This document shows, piece after piece, positions 14,590 to 27,492 of a DNA stretch of 64,000 bases; position 1 is the stretch's first letter; every line of letters begins with the position of its first letter. Position numbers and translations under genes: made by a program. The notes under the pieces are model-generated. The model worked only from the letters and a program-made list of their open reading frames with translations. It was not told where the DNA came from and ran no database searches. The stretch is from Lama guanicoe (lineage: Eukaryota), in NCBI GenBank assembly GCA_013239625.1, contig MU053561.1:1597818-1661817 (forward strand). Direction: 5' to 3'.

Positions 14590-14770
14590 CTCTTCTTGGC
14601 ATAAATAAGAGCATATGATATTTGTCCTCTGACTTATTTCATTTAGCACAATACCCTCTAGATCCATCTATGTTGTCACAAATGGCAAGATTTCATTTTT
14701 TATGTCTGAGTAATATTCTATTGTATATGTCTGCTACATCTTCTTTATCCATTCATCTATCAATGGGCTT
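14250..14770 (-). mobile_element. L1 3' end (contains a (TTTTG)n expansion at 14551-14588)
   Basis: Poly-T, then attgaaatatacttgatgtacaatatc...ctagatccatctatgttgtcacaaatggcaagatttc, typical of an L1 3' UTR. Confidence 0.8.
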
Positions 14771-14799
14771 TTCCAAAGACTTCAAACTAAAGTAGCTAA

Positions 14800-15320
14800 C
14801 CACCACTGACCTCCTCATTCCTACATCCAGCAAGCATTTTTTTGGTCTTTCTTACCTGGATCCTCAGTAGCATTCGGAATTGCTGACCAATCCCTCATTC
14901 TGCAAATACCCCGACTCTTTGGCTCCAGTGATGCAACCCCCACTGGGATTTCTTCCTTCCTCTCTGGCCACACATCCACTTGCAGGCCCAGCCTCTTCTT
15001 CACAGCTATTGACTGTGGGACTCCTAAAGCTCAGCCCTGGGCCTGGCTCCCCTGCTCACGGGGTGATGTCTCCAGGCAGACTCGTCCATTCAGGCTCGAC
15101 TGCTGCATTTGAGTAGATGGCTCACCCATGTCTCCCCTGCTCTAAGCACCAGGCCCACACAGCCAACTGACTTCTTTACATGTTTGGATGTCTCAAGGGT
15201 ATACGAACTGAATGTATCTACAGCCAGAGTCCTTACTTCCTCATCAGCGCACTCCCAGACCCTTCTTCGTCTTCTAGTATTTCCTATCTCTATAAATAAC
15301 AGCACCAATCAACCAGTGAA
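14800..15320 (+). mobile_element. L2 fragment
   Basis: Pyrimidine-rich L2-like motifs (ttggatgtctcaagg...cttctagtatttcctatctc). Confidence 0.6.
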
Positions 15321-16399
15321 ATAAAATGGCATTTACTCAGATAGTTTTATTTTCTTTCAGAGAGATGGATAAGGTATAAAATACTACATCAGGAGGGGAG
15401 AAGAAACTTCAGCAAGCACATTACAAGTTGGATAAACAAATGATCTATGAGTTTGGAATATAAGAAGAAATGAAGCCTCTTAGTCCAAATGAACAACACC
15501 CCTTTTCTCAGCAGTGTTGTAGCCTACAAATAGTCTTGATTTGTGCTCATTTGACACCAGAATGTTACGCAAAAGTTGGAAGCCAGCAAAAGCAAACTTC
15601 ATTCATGGAAACAAGAATTTGCATGTAAAAGAAAAGGTAACTGAGCAGTTGCATTTAAGAGTTACAAGATCACAGTTAGAAACAAACTTCTTTGGAAATC
15701 ATTCAAACGTCTTCCTACTGGTAACCCACATTTTTAGGAAGGTTCAGGGACAGAGAGGGTCAGGCTGGAAAAGAGAAAGAGAGAAGTTGAGGGAAGAGAG
15801 GTAAGATGACAAACACCACTGTTTGTCTAAATTGCCAATCATCTTTTCTCTCCAAAACATTGCTCCACGGTCTGACATAATATGCTTTGGTGTAGCTTCA
15901 CCTTAACCATAGATTTTGAACCTGGTACACAGTTTAAAAAAAAAAAGTTACTATTTAACGTAGTGCAAAATGGATAAGTAACAGACATTTGATAAAACAT
16001 TAAGAAATCAAACATTCAGCTAAGCATTTAGAGAAATGACTTACCATGAGTTATGGGTTTTGAAATCGTCCCCAAAGGATTTGCAGCAAATCCCTTCACT
16101 GAAGACATTTAAAATTAGATTCAAAGAAAAACTTGAGTGAGAAAACACTAGAGTGAAAACTCCCACACTAACAAATATGAAACAGATGAATTTTAGCTTT
16201 TTCTATTTTTAATGTATACAACTGTTATTGTCCTGATTCATTAAAAAGTAGATTGATATTCTAAACTCTCAGCCACAAATTACATAAAATAACATAAAAA
16301 CTAAATCAACAGCCTTAATTATGGTTCCAGAGACCTACAGTTACACGACACGACAGTCAGGGCCAAAACTGTAAACTTTGAATACTGCTTTTATCATTG

Positions 16400-17080
16400 A
16401 CAGAAACAGAGGGTTCCTAGGGAAGTTGTTCTTTAGAAAATGATCCCCCAGGCTCTGCACAGTGCACGGGGGATGATGAACTGTGAGCACTGCAGCTGAT
16501 TGTAATTGCCACGATGATGCATAGGGAGAGAGGTGATACCTGGAGTAACTAGCTTCTAAACAATGAGGGGCTTTAAAGATTAAAGTCAACACTTGAAATT
16601 GCACTCACGACTGAATAGGAAGCTAAGGCTGATCATTGAGTGCAGGTATAATATTCTCCATATGTTTTGGACCTTGTAGTTGAAAGGCATCAAGCCCTCT
16701 TTATCACATACTGTAGAAACTCCAGGACAATGCAGAATAATACTCTATTTGGAAGGTTAGAGTCACAAAGATCATGATGGTAAGTAACACGAACATATAG
16801 TGAAAGGTGTTCTCAGCAGTAGGAGGCCAGTCTGAGAAATCCATGGACGTCTGTGAGGCCTTCTTAGCTGAAGCAAGCAGGTTGCTGAAGCTAAATGCAC
16901 TTTGAAAACCTGAAATCTTGGCCTAGAAGTGAACAGGCCCGTAGCTCCTGATGTTACTTGGTAACAGTGGACGCGTTGGACACATCAGTAGCTGGCTAGC
17001 CCCTTTCAGGTGTGAGAAATTATGCCTGAGACTTTACACCTGAATTAGAGTTCACCGAACACGAACACTCCAAGATCCAA
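16400..17080 (-). mobile_element. Ancient L2-clade LINE, C-terminal RT-ORF remnant
   Basis: Minus translation ENIIPALNDQP*LPIQS*VQFQVLTLIFKAPHCLEASYSRYHLSPY..QLQSA resembles the L2-clade motif HITPVL..LHWLP...RIQFKVL.L.FKALHGLAP.YL...L.PY...R.LRS. Confidence 0.7.
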
Positions 17081-19639
17081 ATATAAAACGTGAAAACATA
17101 AGTATTCAGTAATCATAGTATCCCAGAGAAACAGTGCATCCCTAAAGTGGGCAATCCTGGGTGAGCTAAATAATACGAAATGCAAAATCTTACTGGAAAA
17201 ACAAAATCAAACAAACCAGGAGTAACCCTGCCAATGTGAAAGAAAGAGCTCCAAATAGTATAGTTTTGTTTTAGCCACTGACATATGGGAAAATTTAGGT
17301 AGTAAAGTATATGCTTATAAAGTTTCAACTTATATTTAGTGGGGGAAACAATTTATTATACCAAAAAAGCACAAATGTACGACAGATGGTAATGCTTTTT
17401 TTTTTCTCTTCTTGGCAGGGTCCTCTTTTAGCTGGATGACTTTTGCTTTTTAAAACTATGAACATTGTCATTCACACCTATTTTCTGAAATTAAACAGAC
17501 CAGTTCTAAGATGAAACCCCCTATAAATTTGGTTACTGTATAATGTCTTCCCATTTTGTCTCATAAATTATCCGGAGTCCCACTTTCTCTCGAATAATGG
17601 AACAGGCCAAAACTAGGCAAAAAGCATACTGTAATAAAACCTTTATTTTCAATTCTTTAAATCAATTTTGAGAAACCTATATTTAAATTTATTCTGGTAG
17701 AACTTTACAAAAGAAACTATAAAAAATTATACTGAAAGAATATTCTTCCATCCCGAAACCTTTATTTTTGAACTTTAAAATGTCAATTCTTTAAATTGTT
17801 TTCTAAGTTATAATTTGTGTGTATAGATGTCTAGCAATGAATCTTCATTCATCTGCTGAAAAATGGGCAAATATTTTCACAAGTCTATATGACTTGAGTA
17901 CACTAGGGTATTATAGTACTTGAATATGCAAACTACTTCTTTAAAGTAAGAAGTTTATTTACTTGATGAAGAAGTGAAAGAACGTACTATATAAGCAGGT
18001 AGAAGTCAAGCTAAGGGTGAGATCTGGTCAGCAATACTAGATGAAGTCTCTTGATGGGCAAGGATTAAATCTTTGTGTGTCTCACAATATTTAGACTGTG
18101 TCCTGCCTACTTGAAAGTAACAGGGCTGTTTTCTCCTGCCACTTTGGGAAGCCTGGCTAATATTAGATTTATTAAAAGCTGATTCTCAAATGAAAATGAT
18201 CAAAAATGGTAGAGTAGTTAGGGTAACTTCAGCTGCTCTACGTTTCAGCAGCTTAAGAAAATAAAAACCTATTTCTCATCCGCTTAATAGTCTCAAGCAA
18301 ATGCCTGTGGTGGAGAAAGCAGGGTGAAGCTCAGGGGAAAGGGAGAATTCAGAACCTTTGTGTCACAGCTGTCTTTCAGAGATTCAAAGCTTTCAGTGTT
18401 ACCCCAATATCTGGGCAGATAGGGGAAGAGACTGAATAATGCTTGGGAGGTGTAACTTACAAGTTGGAAGTTAGTGACACTTTCTCTGCAATTATAAAAT
18501 AACAGTTTTACTTTTCTCTCATTGTTTTTGCTCCTTTGATTTTCTTTCTTAAGTGCAACCTATTTTATTAATCATCTGCTAGTGATTTGACTGAACTGAT
18601 TATACATAATACGTTTTACTTTGAAATATGCTTTCACATTCAAGAAGAAAGAAAATTGGTAAATAGTATGGCATGCATAAACATGTAGTTAATTTTTTAT
18701 AAAAAAAACTAACTGGAAGGCCAGCAAACTTTTTACTGCTTTTCTAGTAGAAACATAAGACATTTTTCCCAAACAGTATAAACCTGTAGGAAAAATTATG
18801 GTCAAAATTTGGAATGAGGTAATCAATGATGATTTGATTTTTTTCTCTTTGTAAGAGATTCACCATTATATTCGAGTCATAATCCAAAGACCATTTTTAT
18901 CTTACCCAGGAAGGTTTTAGTAAAGAACTAAATTTTGAAGAAAATTCTATGACAGTGAATCAGTGGCAGCCTAGGTGGTTGCTCGAGTAACCCTCAGGAA
19001 AATTTCTTTCTGGCAAGATCCCTGTGGCATTGCTATGCATCATCAGATGTTTTTTTCTTATGACAAGAAGTGAAGGCTTTAAGATAAGGTTGTGCTGAAT
19101 GAAGTTAAGCTGTGGGTCACATGCATCACCTTAGCCATCCTGGCATCCTGGCCCTTAGGGATAATTGAAGCACCTCACCTCCAGGCAAAGTGCAGGGCTG
19201 GGAGGAATTGGTGGGCACTGGTCAGCCCTGCATTATGTAGGGACTAAAGAGACAGCCATCCACCTTGGTTGGGCTCTATGCGCTTGGTATCCTCAAATTT
19301 GTCTTATTGCAAAAAAACAAATGAAAGTCTAGCCCTAAAAGACAGGCATCTCTCATTTTAGCAGACCTAAAACAGTGGCAGGTAGTAGTGTGGAACGTTA
19401 AGCACACTAGAGTTAGGACTCAGATCATCCTGGACTCTAATTCTGGTGCCATCAGTGATATACTGTGGGACCTGGAACAATGTGTTATAAGAATTAAATA
19501 GTGTAACTATGTACAGAGTATAACCAGTGGTCAAGAAACAAGAGTTGTTGTTATTGCCATTATTATTATTACTATAGTTATTATTTTGGGAACTCTGATC
19601 AGGATATTTTAGCAGTTGGTGCTGGAGGTGGGAAAAGGG

Positions 19640-19960
19640 GGAAAAGAAAGACTCTACTTAGCAGTGGAAGACAGAGTAAAAGACCTGGGGCTAATCAGGC
19701 AGAGAAAATGGTTTAGAAAGACACCAATCCTGACTACAGTTAAATAAAGGAGTGATTGGACTTGTTTAGTAAGGCCCCGAGAGGCAGAACAGAGACCAGA
19801 GCAAAGGATGGCAGTCGAAAGACAAATTTGGCTTCCCCTAGTGAGGCATCTTGGACAGATTACAGCAGGTGGGCTGTCTTCTGAGGGGGTCAGTTCTTTA
19901 TTTCAGCATGGAAGAAATCTTGGTGGAGGAGTTGTGGACAGGATTTCAGGGATTTTGAGT
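19640..19960 (+). mobile_element. L3/CR1 3' fragment
   Basis: gacttgtttagtaaggccccgagaggcagaac...gacaaatttggct...gggctgtcttctgagggggtcagttct resembles the L3 3' region. Confidence 0.5.
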
Positions 19961-20150
19961 TTCTAGGCAATGCCTCGGACCAGAGAAGACTCCAAGAAGC
20001 AGCAGAGGGTGGAATTGAGTAAAAGAGGGTAGCCTGACCAGCTTATCCTGTCTTCCTCCATTTACACAGTGCTCCCACTGGAAAATCCTAAGATTTAAGC
20101 ATGGGTCGGGGAGTCCTGGCCCTAAATTGCCGGCGGCTCTGGGAAGTTTG

Positions 20151-20164
20151 GTTGCTATGACGAC
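20151..20164. promoter_or_regulatory. RFX X-box motif 1 (GTTGCTATGACGAC)
   Basis: Imperfect palindrome matching the RFX consensus GTTGCCATGGCAAC, about 160 bp upstream of the ATG of a motile-cilia gene. Confidence 0.75.
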
Positions 20165-20241
20165 GGAAGCGGTTGACCAGAGGATACGGAACAGGTTTGG
20201 CAGAGGGGAGCCAATTCGTTCAGAAACTGGGCGTGGCTCCG

Positions 20242-20255
20242 GTTACTATGGCAGC
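20242..20255. promoter_or_regulatory. RFX X-box motif 2 (GTTACTATGGCAGC)
   Basis: Matches GTYNCYATRGYAAC with one mismatch; about 60 bp upstream of the ATG. Confidence 0.75.
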
Positions 20256-20267
20256 GGGGACGCTTAG

Positions 20268-20660
<393 letters not shown>

Positions 20661-23246
20661 TGAAAGGTGCTTGTAGGGAAGAGAGCAGGTGTGGTTCTCA
20701 CACCTCACGATCCTTTTCAGTGAAGTCATCCAGATGGCACTCCACGATTGTACTGGAGTTGTCTTTATAAACTCTTCCCTTCCTCCTGACTTATCCAGAG
20801 CGAAGAAACCCTGTTGAATCATCTGTAGCCAGGCGCATATGTCTTGAATAAATGCTGTATGAAAACAGACATGGAGTGTGTAAAGTATCAACGTATTTAA
20901 TACAAGCGAGCCGTCTACAGATAGGAAAGCTTGACTTTCTCATGCAATGCCTTGGTGCTACAATATCAAAAGTTTCGATGTAATTTGAAGGTACTGTAGG
21001 AGATCAGAGTAATGAGCGGTTGGCTCCTAGACTCATCTATAGGATGACACAAAGGCTATCTGTAACCCACCTGCCACGTGACTTCAAATTACCATCTCAG
21101 AACTGCCTAGCTCCCCCAGCCCCCACTCTCACTCTTCTACCTCCAGTGAGTTGGGCAGACCAAGAGCTCCTGTCATCTGCTGCCAGAAATCCACTTCAAC
21201 ACTAAGTTGTTTCCAAGTCCAAGATAGCATTTGGAAGAAGGAAGCTAGATTCTGGGAATTCCAGCCTGACATTCCAATATACTTTAAAAGCTGGAAAAAA
21301 ATCTTGTTTTCATTTTCTGTGTGTGTCTACATTACACAAGAGAGTTAGTACTTAAAGGAAAAATATATCTAAAGCCTTATGATGCCCTCCTGAGAAATTT
21401 CTACCTATTTGTCCTTATTTTCCACTATAATTTTTTTTTCCTATAAACAGTCATATGTCTGATGTGAAATTTTACCATATGAAGCATTTCATAAAAGTAG
21501 TTAAGATACTGCTGATGCTTACATGGAATTTGAGGTTATTTCTATAACCTTAGGAATGAAGGATGTCAACTCAGTAATTCCCAGTTACATTCTCAAATTC
21601 TCAAAGATGTTTTTTAAAATACTCTATAAAAGCACCCTCCCTTTTGCTTTTAGAAGTCAGCACTAGCCAAAATAATTTTTTCTCCATTTTCTTTGAAATT
21701 GTGTAGGCCAAGTTAGGGCTTGGAGTGAACATTTCTGCTTGAATTATAAACTGCTGAACAACAGAGTTTGATGGAGCTGCTGACATTGCATTAGCTTTAG
21801 TGTTGCAAATATGAAGCTATAATTTTCCTAGTTGAGTGGAAAACCTAAAGGCACTGTTTTTCCTTATGGCTTGAAAACCTGAAATAATATTCAGCTTTCT
21901 TGTTCCTGCTTAAAATATATAATTTCAATAAATCTTATATAGTAATAGAAAGAATTTGAACTCAAGGCAATACAGAGTTTTAACTACAAGGAGTAAACTT
22001 CTTTAGTTTGTTGGAATACAGGGATTCTTTTATTGCAGGAGGAAGATAACTACCCTCCACCTCCTCTCATATTTTTTTCTCAGCTTGATTTCATCTCATC
22101 TAGGAGAATTCCCAGCTTAACCCTGAAGTCCATTTCTTAGAGGCATGCTCTGACCACCAATGTAATAGACTTTGAATTGGGATTAAAGATGACTGTAGAT
22201 GTGTGAATTCCTATCCACAGGGCTCAGCAAAGTGCTTTGCACAAATGTGGTGCTCAAAATATGTTACTCCTTCAGTTTCCAGAGTTTCTTGTGCAAGTTG
22301 TGATCCAGAACGTGTGGTTGTATATGTATATGCTCCTGTGTGTCTGTTTTGTGTGTGTATTGGGGGTGTAGGAGAGGGAAGTCTTTCCTCCCAGTCTTCC
22401 ATAAGCCAGTTTTTAGAATTAGCTGATTAAGTAACTCTTATCAAAAGTAGTTTTGAACTCATGTTCATATTGAGCTGCACTAGACTTTACAAAGAATAAA
22501 CAAGGTCACAAATTGGCTTCAGTGAATTTACCTTGTAAGAGTATTCTGGGCTGTCCTTTCAGGCTAGAATAATTGTTGATTTTTCAGCACATTTTAGTTC
22601 ATTCTAAAACATAAAATGACAGCAAATACTACAAGGCAGTCTATCGCTAAGCACTAAGTGATTAGAGATCAGAGGTCAGGGAGATGAAAGAGGGCTGCGG
22701 TAGTCAGGAAGGGCTTTGTAAAATACTTGCTGCTGGCTGAGCTCTGAAGAGTAGGTAGATTTGAGCCAGTAGAAGGAAGGAGGACAGTTATTTTAGGAAA
22801 GGAGACCAATATGTTCCTTAAAAAAATTTGGGACACTTAAATTGAGAGAGAGAGAAATGCAGGCTAGACGGCTTCTGGGTGAACATTACTCGTCAATTAA
22901 TTCTGCCAATCAAATGGTCATTTACTAACTTTGCTATCCACGTACCAAACATTTAGCTTCTTAATATATGTGAAATGTCACACCTCATATTAGATAAGTA
23001 GGAAATATTTAGGTACAAGATTATAAAAATGCATCTTAGTGTGGGCTTGTATGTGACATAGACATATTTATGATCTCTAGCAGCATGAGAAAGTTAAAGA
23101 TGCTATAGGATCATATAAATTAAAATCTTTTCATGCAGCTGTCAAGGCAGCCTCTCTGTTGACCCAATGAGAGGAAGAGGTATTAAACCCAAGCACCTCA
23201 GTGACTGAAGGTGCTATCTGGAAATATTTTGGTCTAAGATATTTTT

Positions 23247-24753
23247 ATTTGTATTTTTTATTGTGGTAAAATATACATAACATGAAATTTGCCATTTTAA
23301 ACATTTTAAAATGCCCTGTTCAGTGGCATTAAGTATCTTCACATTGTTGTGCAGTCATCACCACCTCCTATCTTCAGAACTCTTTCATCTTCCCCAGCTG
23401 GAACTACACCCATTAAATAATACCCCATACCTCCCTCTCCCAGCCCCTAGCAACCCCCATTCTACTTTCTGTCTCTATGAATTTAACTACTCTAGGTACC
23501 ACATGTAAATGGAATTGCACAGAATTTGTCTTCTTATGACTGGTTTATTTCCCTTAGCATAATGTACTCAAGCTTTATTCAGGTTGTAGCATGTATTAGA
23601 ATTTCCTTGCTTTTATAAGGCTGAATAATATTTCATTGTGTGTATGGACCACATTTTATTTATCCATTCATTCATTGACAGACACTTGGGTTGCTTCCAA
23701 CTCTTGGCTATTGTGAATAATGATGCTATTAACATGAGTGTACAAAAAATCTGTTCGAGTTCCTGCTTTCAATTTTTTGAGTGTATATCCAGATCATGTG
23801 GTAATTTTTATGTTGAATTTCTTTAGAAACAGCCATACTGTTTTCCATAACAGCTGTACCATTTTATATTCCTACCAGCAATGCACAATGGTTCCAATTT
23901 CACCACGTCCTCATGAAATGCTTTTGAAAGTCTGTGTTTTTTATTGATATATCTATATGTAATAGACATCCTAGTGGGTGTAAAGTAATATTTCACTGTG
24001 GCTTTGACTTACATTTCCCTAATTATTTTTGATGTTGAGCATTTTTTATGTACTTTTAGGCTAAGGATCTTCATTTGTTCATTTTTTAAATCAAGTTGTT
24101 TGGCTTTTTATTGTTAAATTATAGGAATTTTTAAAATATATTCTGGATATTAACCCCTTACCAGATCCATGATTTGCAAATATTTTCTCCTATTCTGTGG
24201 GTTGCCTTTTTACTCTGACTGTGTACTGTGATGTACAAAGTTTTTAATTTTGATGAAGTTAAATTTATGTAAATTTTCTTTTGTTCCCTATCTGTGTGGT
24301 GTCATATCCAAGAAACCATTGCCAAACCCAATTTCATGAAGATTTCCCCCTATGTTTTCTTCTGAGAGTTTTCTAGTTTTTCCATCTACCATTTTATTTA
24401 GGTCTTTGGTCCATGTTGAATTAACTTTTGTATATGGTGTGAGGAAAGAATCCAGCTTCATTCTTTTGGATGTGGATTTCCAGTTTTCTCAGCCCCAATT
24501 ATTGAAAAAACTGGCCTTTCTCCACTGAATGCAGAAAAAGTGGGGCAAAGGAGAGTAAGAGTGCCACAAAGTTTTCTGCCATATTGAATATGGCTTTCTC
24601 TTGATTGGGCATTTGTTGGGTTGCTTTAGATCTTTGACTGGTTTCAGAGCTGTTGTACAGTTGTTTAAGTTAGTCTCTGGTTCTTTTTCTAATGTTTCTG
24701 TGAAGGATAGAGAGCCTGGAGCTTCCTAGTTGTTCTTCTAACTGATGTTATGG
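23247..24753 (-). mobile_element. L1MB-type element: 3' 1.3 kb joined directly to an L1 5' end
   Basis: 3' UTR/ORF2 end spans 23247-24531; L1M-type 5' terminus spans 24532-24753. Flanking repeat tggtctaaga..tttt at 23230 and 24754. Confidence 0.75.
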
Positions 24754-27350
24754 TGGTCTAAGAGGTTTTGTAATCAATTCTGATTTTTCCATTTCTTCCA
24801 AGCCTATTATATGGCTTGGAAGATGCTGGGAAAGGGGCAATTAATAGAAATTTTGTTTATGAAAATTTAGGAAAATTTTCCAAAATTGTTCAGACAGGAT
24901 AGCCATTCCCTCCAGACCTCACAGATTGTCACATGTCTTCAAAAGGAGTGAGCTACATGCTTCAAGTGCAATTGTGTGTTATGGTCAGAACTTTGGTGTT
25001 AATACAGTGGGGAGACACCTCACAGTGTTACCTATGTTAAGTGACAGCATGATATCAGTAGAGAGAATATTCAGAAGCCAAAGAATATTCAAAATTTCTT
25101 TAAGGTATTATGGCCTTTTGTCCCAAATATGTTCTTCGGAATTCAAGAGTTCTCCAAAAGTATGTTTGGATTGGTTTGTTTGAGTAGGTATCTCACAGAT
25201 AGAATTTGGTTTGAGATTTTGCTAATGTTAATTCTTAAAATATTTTCATATTTCCAAGTTATCTGAGGATGGCTGTTTCTTTTCATTTGTTCCTAGTTTA
25301 AGGTCTCATTTTTATGTGTAGCAAGAAGGCAGCCATAACTCATGAGACTGACTATTGGCACAGCAATTATTTCATTCACTTACTGTGACCCACCACAGAA
25401 AATACTAAAAAGAAAATCAGAAAAAAAATTAATGGCACACCCCTTAACCCAGCCAGCCTCACTATTCCAATTCACTGATTTCATTTTCTTATGATGATTT
25501 CAAGTCCCTGATGCCGAACTAAAGGGACAGACACTCATTGTCATTTGCCTTACACTTAAGATTTTGCTTCTTGATTAAGCCTTCAATTCTTCTTTTAATG
25601 TGAATATCCACATATATTAAAATATTTGTGAACATCTACTGTAATGTATTGAGATCTTTACTAAGACTCATGAGGTCTTGCTTTTAATTTCTATATGGTC
25701 ATTCTCAAGGTATGTTTATCCCTTTTCAAACAAATAATAATATTTACATCAAAGACCCAAATTGATGCTATACATGATAGTGTTGCCCTTTACAATACTC
25801 CCTCAGAGATGAGATTCCCAGGGTATCTGGACTAAGCTGCTTTTTTTGTAGAACTGAGGATCCAAGCATTTTAAGGTCTGGTCCAAAAACATGCCATGAT
25901 CTGGCAAGTGAAGGACCAGATCATGGATTTTCTCACTAGTCCATCCTTCCTCCTTAGTAGAACTATAAATTATGATATGATAATTGCAGCATTTTATATG
26001 GACTTTGCAATTTAAAACAAATATTTTTAAACTAAATTTTAAAACAAATTTAACACAAGGGCTATATAAAATTGCTATTTTTTAACAAGTGCAGAGAATT
26101 GACTCCTTCTGCTACCTGGAAAATGTGGCTCATCAGTGAAGGTGGACCACTCCCGTCTCTCAACTTTCCAATTTCTGTCAATGGTATTATAATTCTCAGT
26201 CACTAAAGTTTGCCTACGAGTCATTGGTTTATTACTTAACCAGCCTCAAAGTCCTCTTAATTTTTCCTTTGACACTTTTTTACTTCCATCTCTTCCTTTC
26301 TATTCTCATGACTTCTTCCTAGCCCAGGCCTGCATCTTTTGATCCCTGAATTTTTATAAGAACACCATACCTCAAGTCACTATAGAATCATCTATTCCCA
26401 GCTGTCAAAATGATCAACTCATCTCTGCTAAACCCTGCTCACGCCATTGTGCATGTTCCGCCTGAGAAACTGTCAGTGATCATCTGTAATCTCAAAACCT
26501 AATCATCCTCGCTGCTTGAGCCCCTTTAATCTGGTCCCAATTTAACCATCAGATTGAATTGCTGTGGGCAAGACTGTCTCCTCACAGAAGCACAGACACA
26601 TGAAGGAGGCGAGGGGCCGCTGGAGAAAGCCCCAGCTCTGGGACCAGGTAGACCAAGGTATTGAGTCCTGATTCTGAAAGGCATAATGGGTGACCTGGAG
26701 CAAGTGTCTTGCCTTCTCTGAGCCTTGTCCTCTTTTTGTCAAATGGAGATGATAATATCCACCTCAGAGACTTGCTGGGGGGAGTAAATGATATTTATTT
26801 GATTTCATAAATAATATTGTAGCACCTGGCACCAAATAATCCTTCAATAAATAAGTTCCCTCCCTCCATCGTGCTCTTTCACTCTTACTAGTCTCCTTGC
26901 TTGAAATGAATTTCCACCTCCTCTGTCCTTGTCATGCCCACTCTCTGAGGGCCTCATAAAGCCACATATTGCAGTAAGCTTTCCTAAGTGCCCTAACCCA
27001 CATTTATTTTCCCTCACCTTGGCTCGAGCCTCTGTCTTTTACAACCTGGTCCTTAGTTGGAAGAATGCATTGCATTATTTGCTATCATTTAATGTTTTAT
27101 AGAGCACCAGTATAATGTGAGCTGCTTTACAGAAAAAAATCATATCTGGTACTCCTACTGTCTACTCCATAATGGCTGGCATGTTTCTAGGAACATACAA
27201 CCACACTCAAACTTTATATGAAAGTAAGTCACTGATTTACTTTGAAATATGAAGAAACTTTTATTGTAGAAACCAGGACCATGAGTAGACTGAGGAGATA
27301 CTTTCTACAAGAAGAGAAAGGAAGAGGAAACATTTATATAAAAAAGCATC

Positions 27351-27492
27351 TACTGTATAACACAGAGAACTATATTCAATAGCTTGTAATAACCTATCAT
27401 GAAAAAGAATACGCATATATGTATGACTGAACCACTATGTTATATGTCAGAAGCTAATGCAACATTTAAATCAACTATACTTCAATTTAAGA
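27351..27492 (+). mobile_element. Short L1 3' end with TSD
   Basis: Ends aaatcaactatacttcaatt plus A tail. TSD aaaaaagcatc at 27340-27350 and 27493-27503. Confidence 0.85.
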
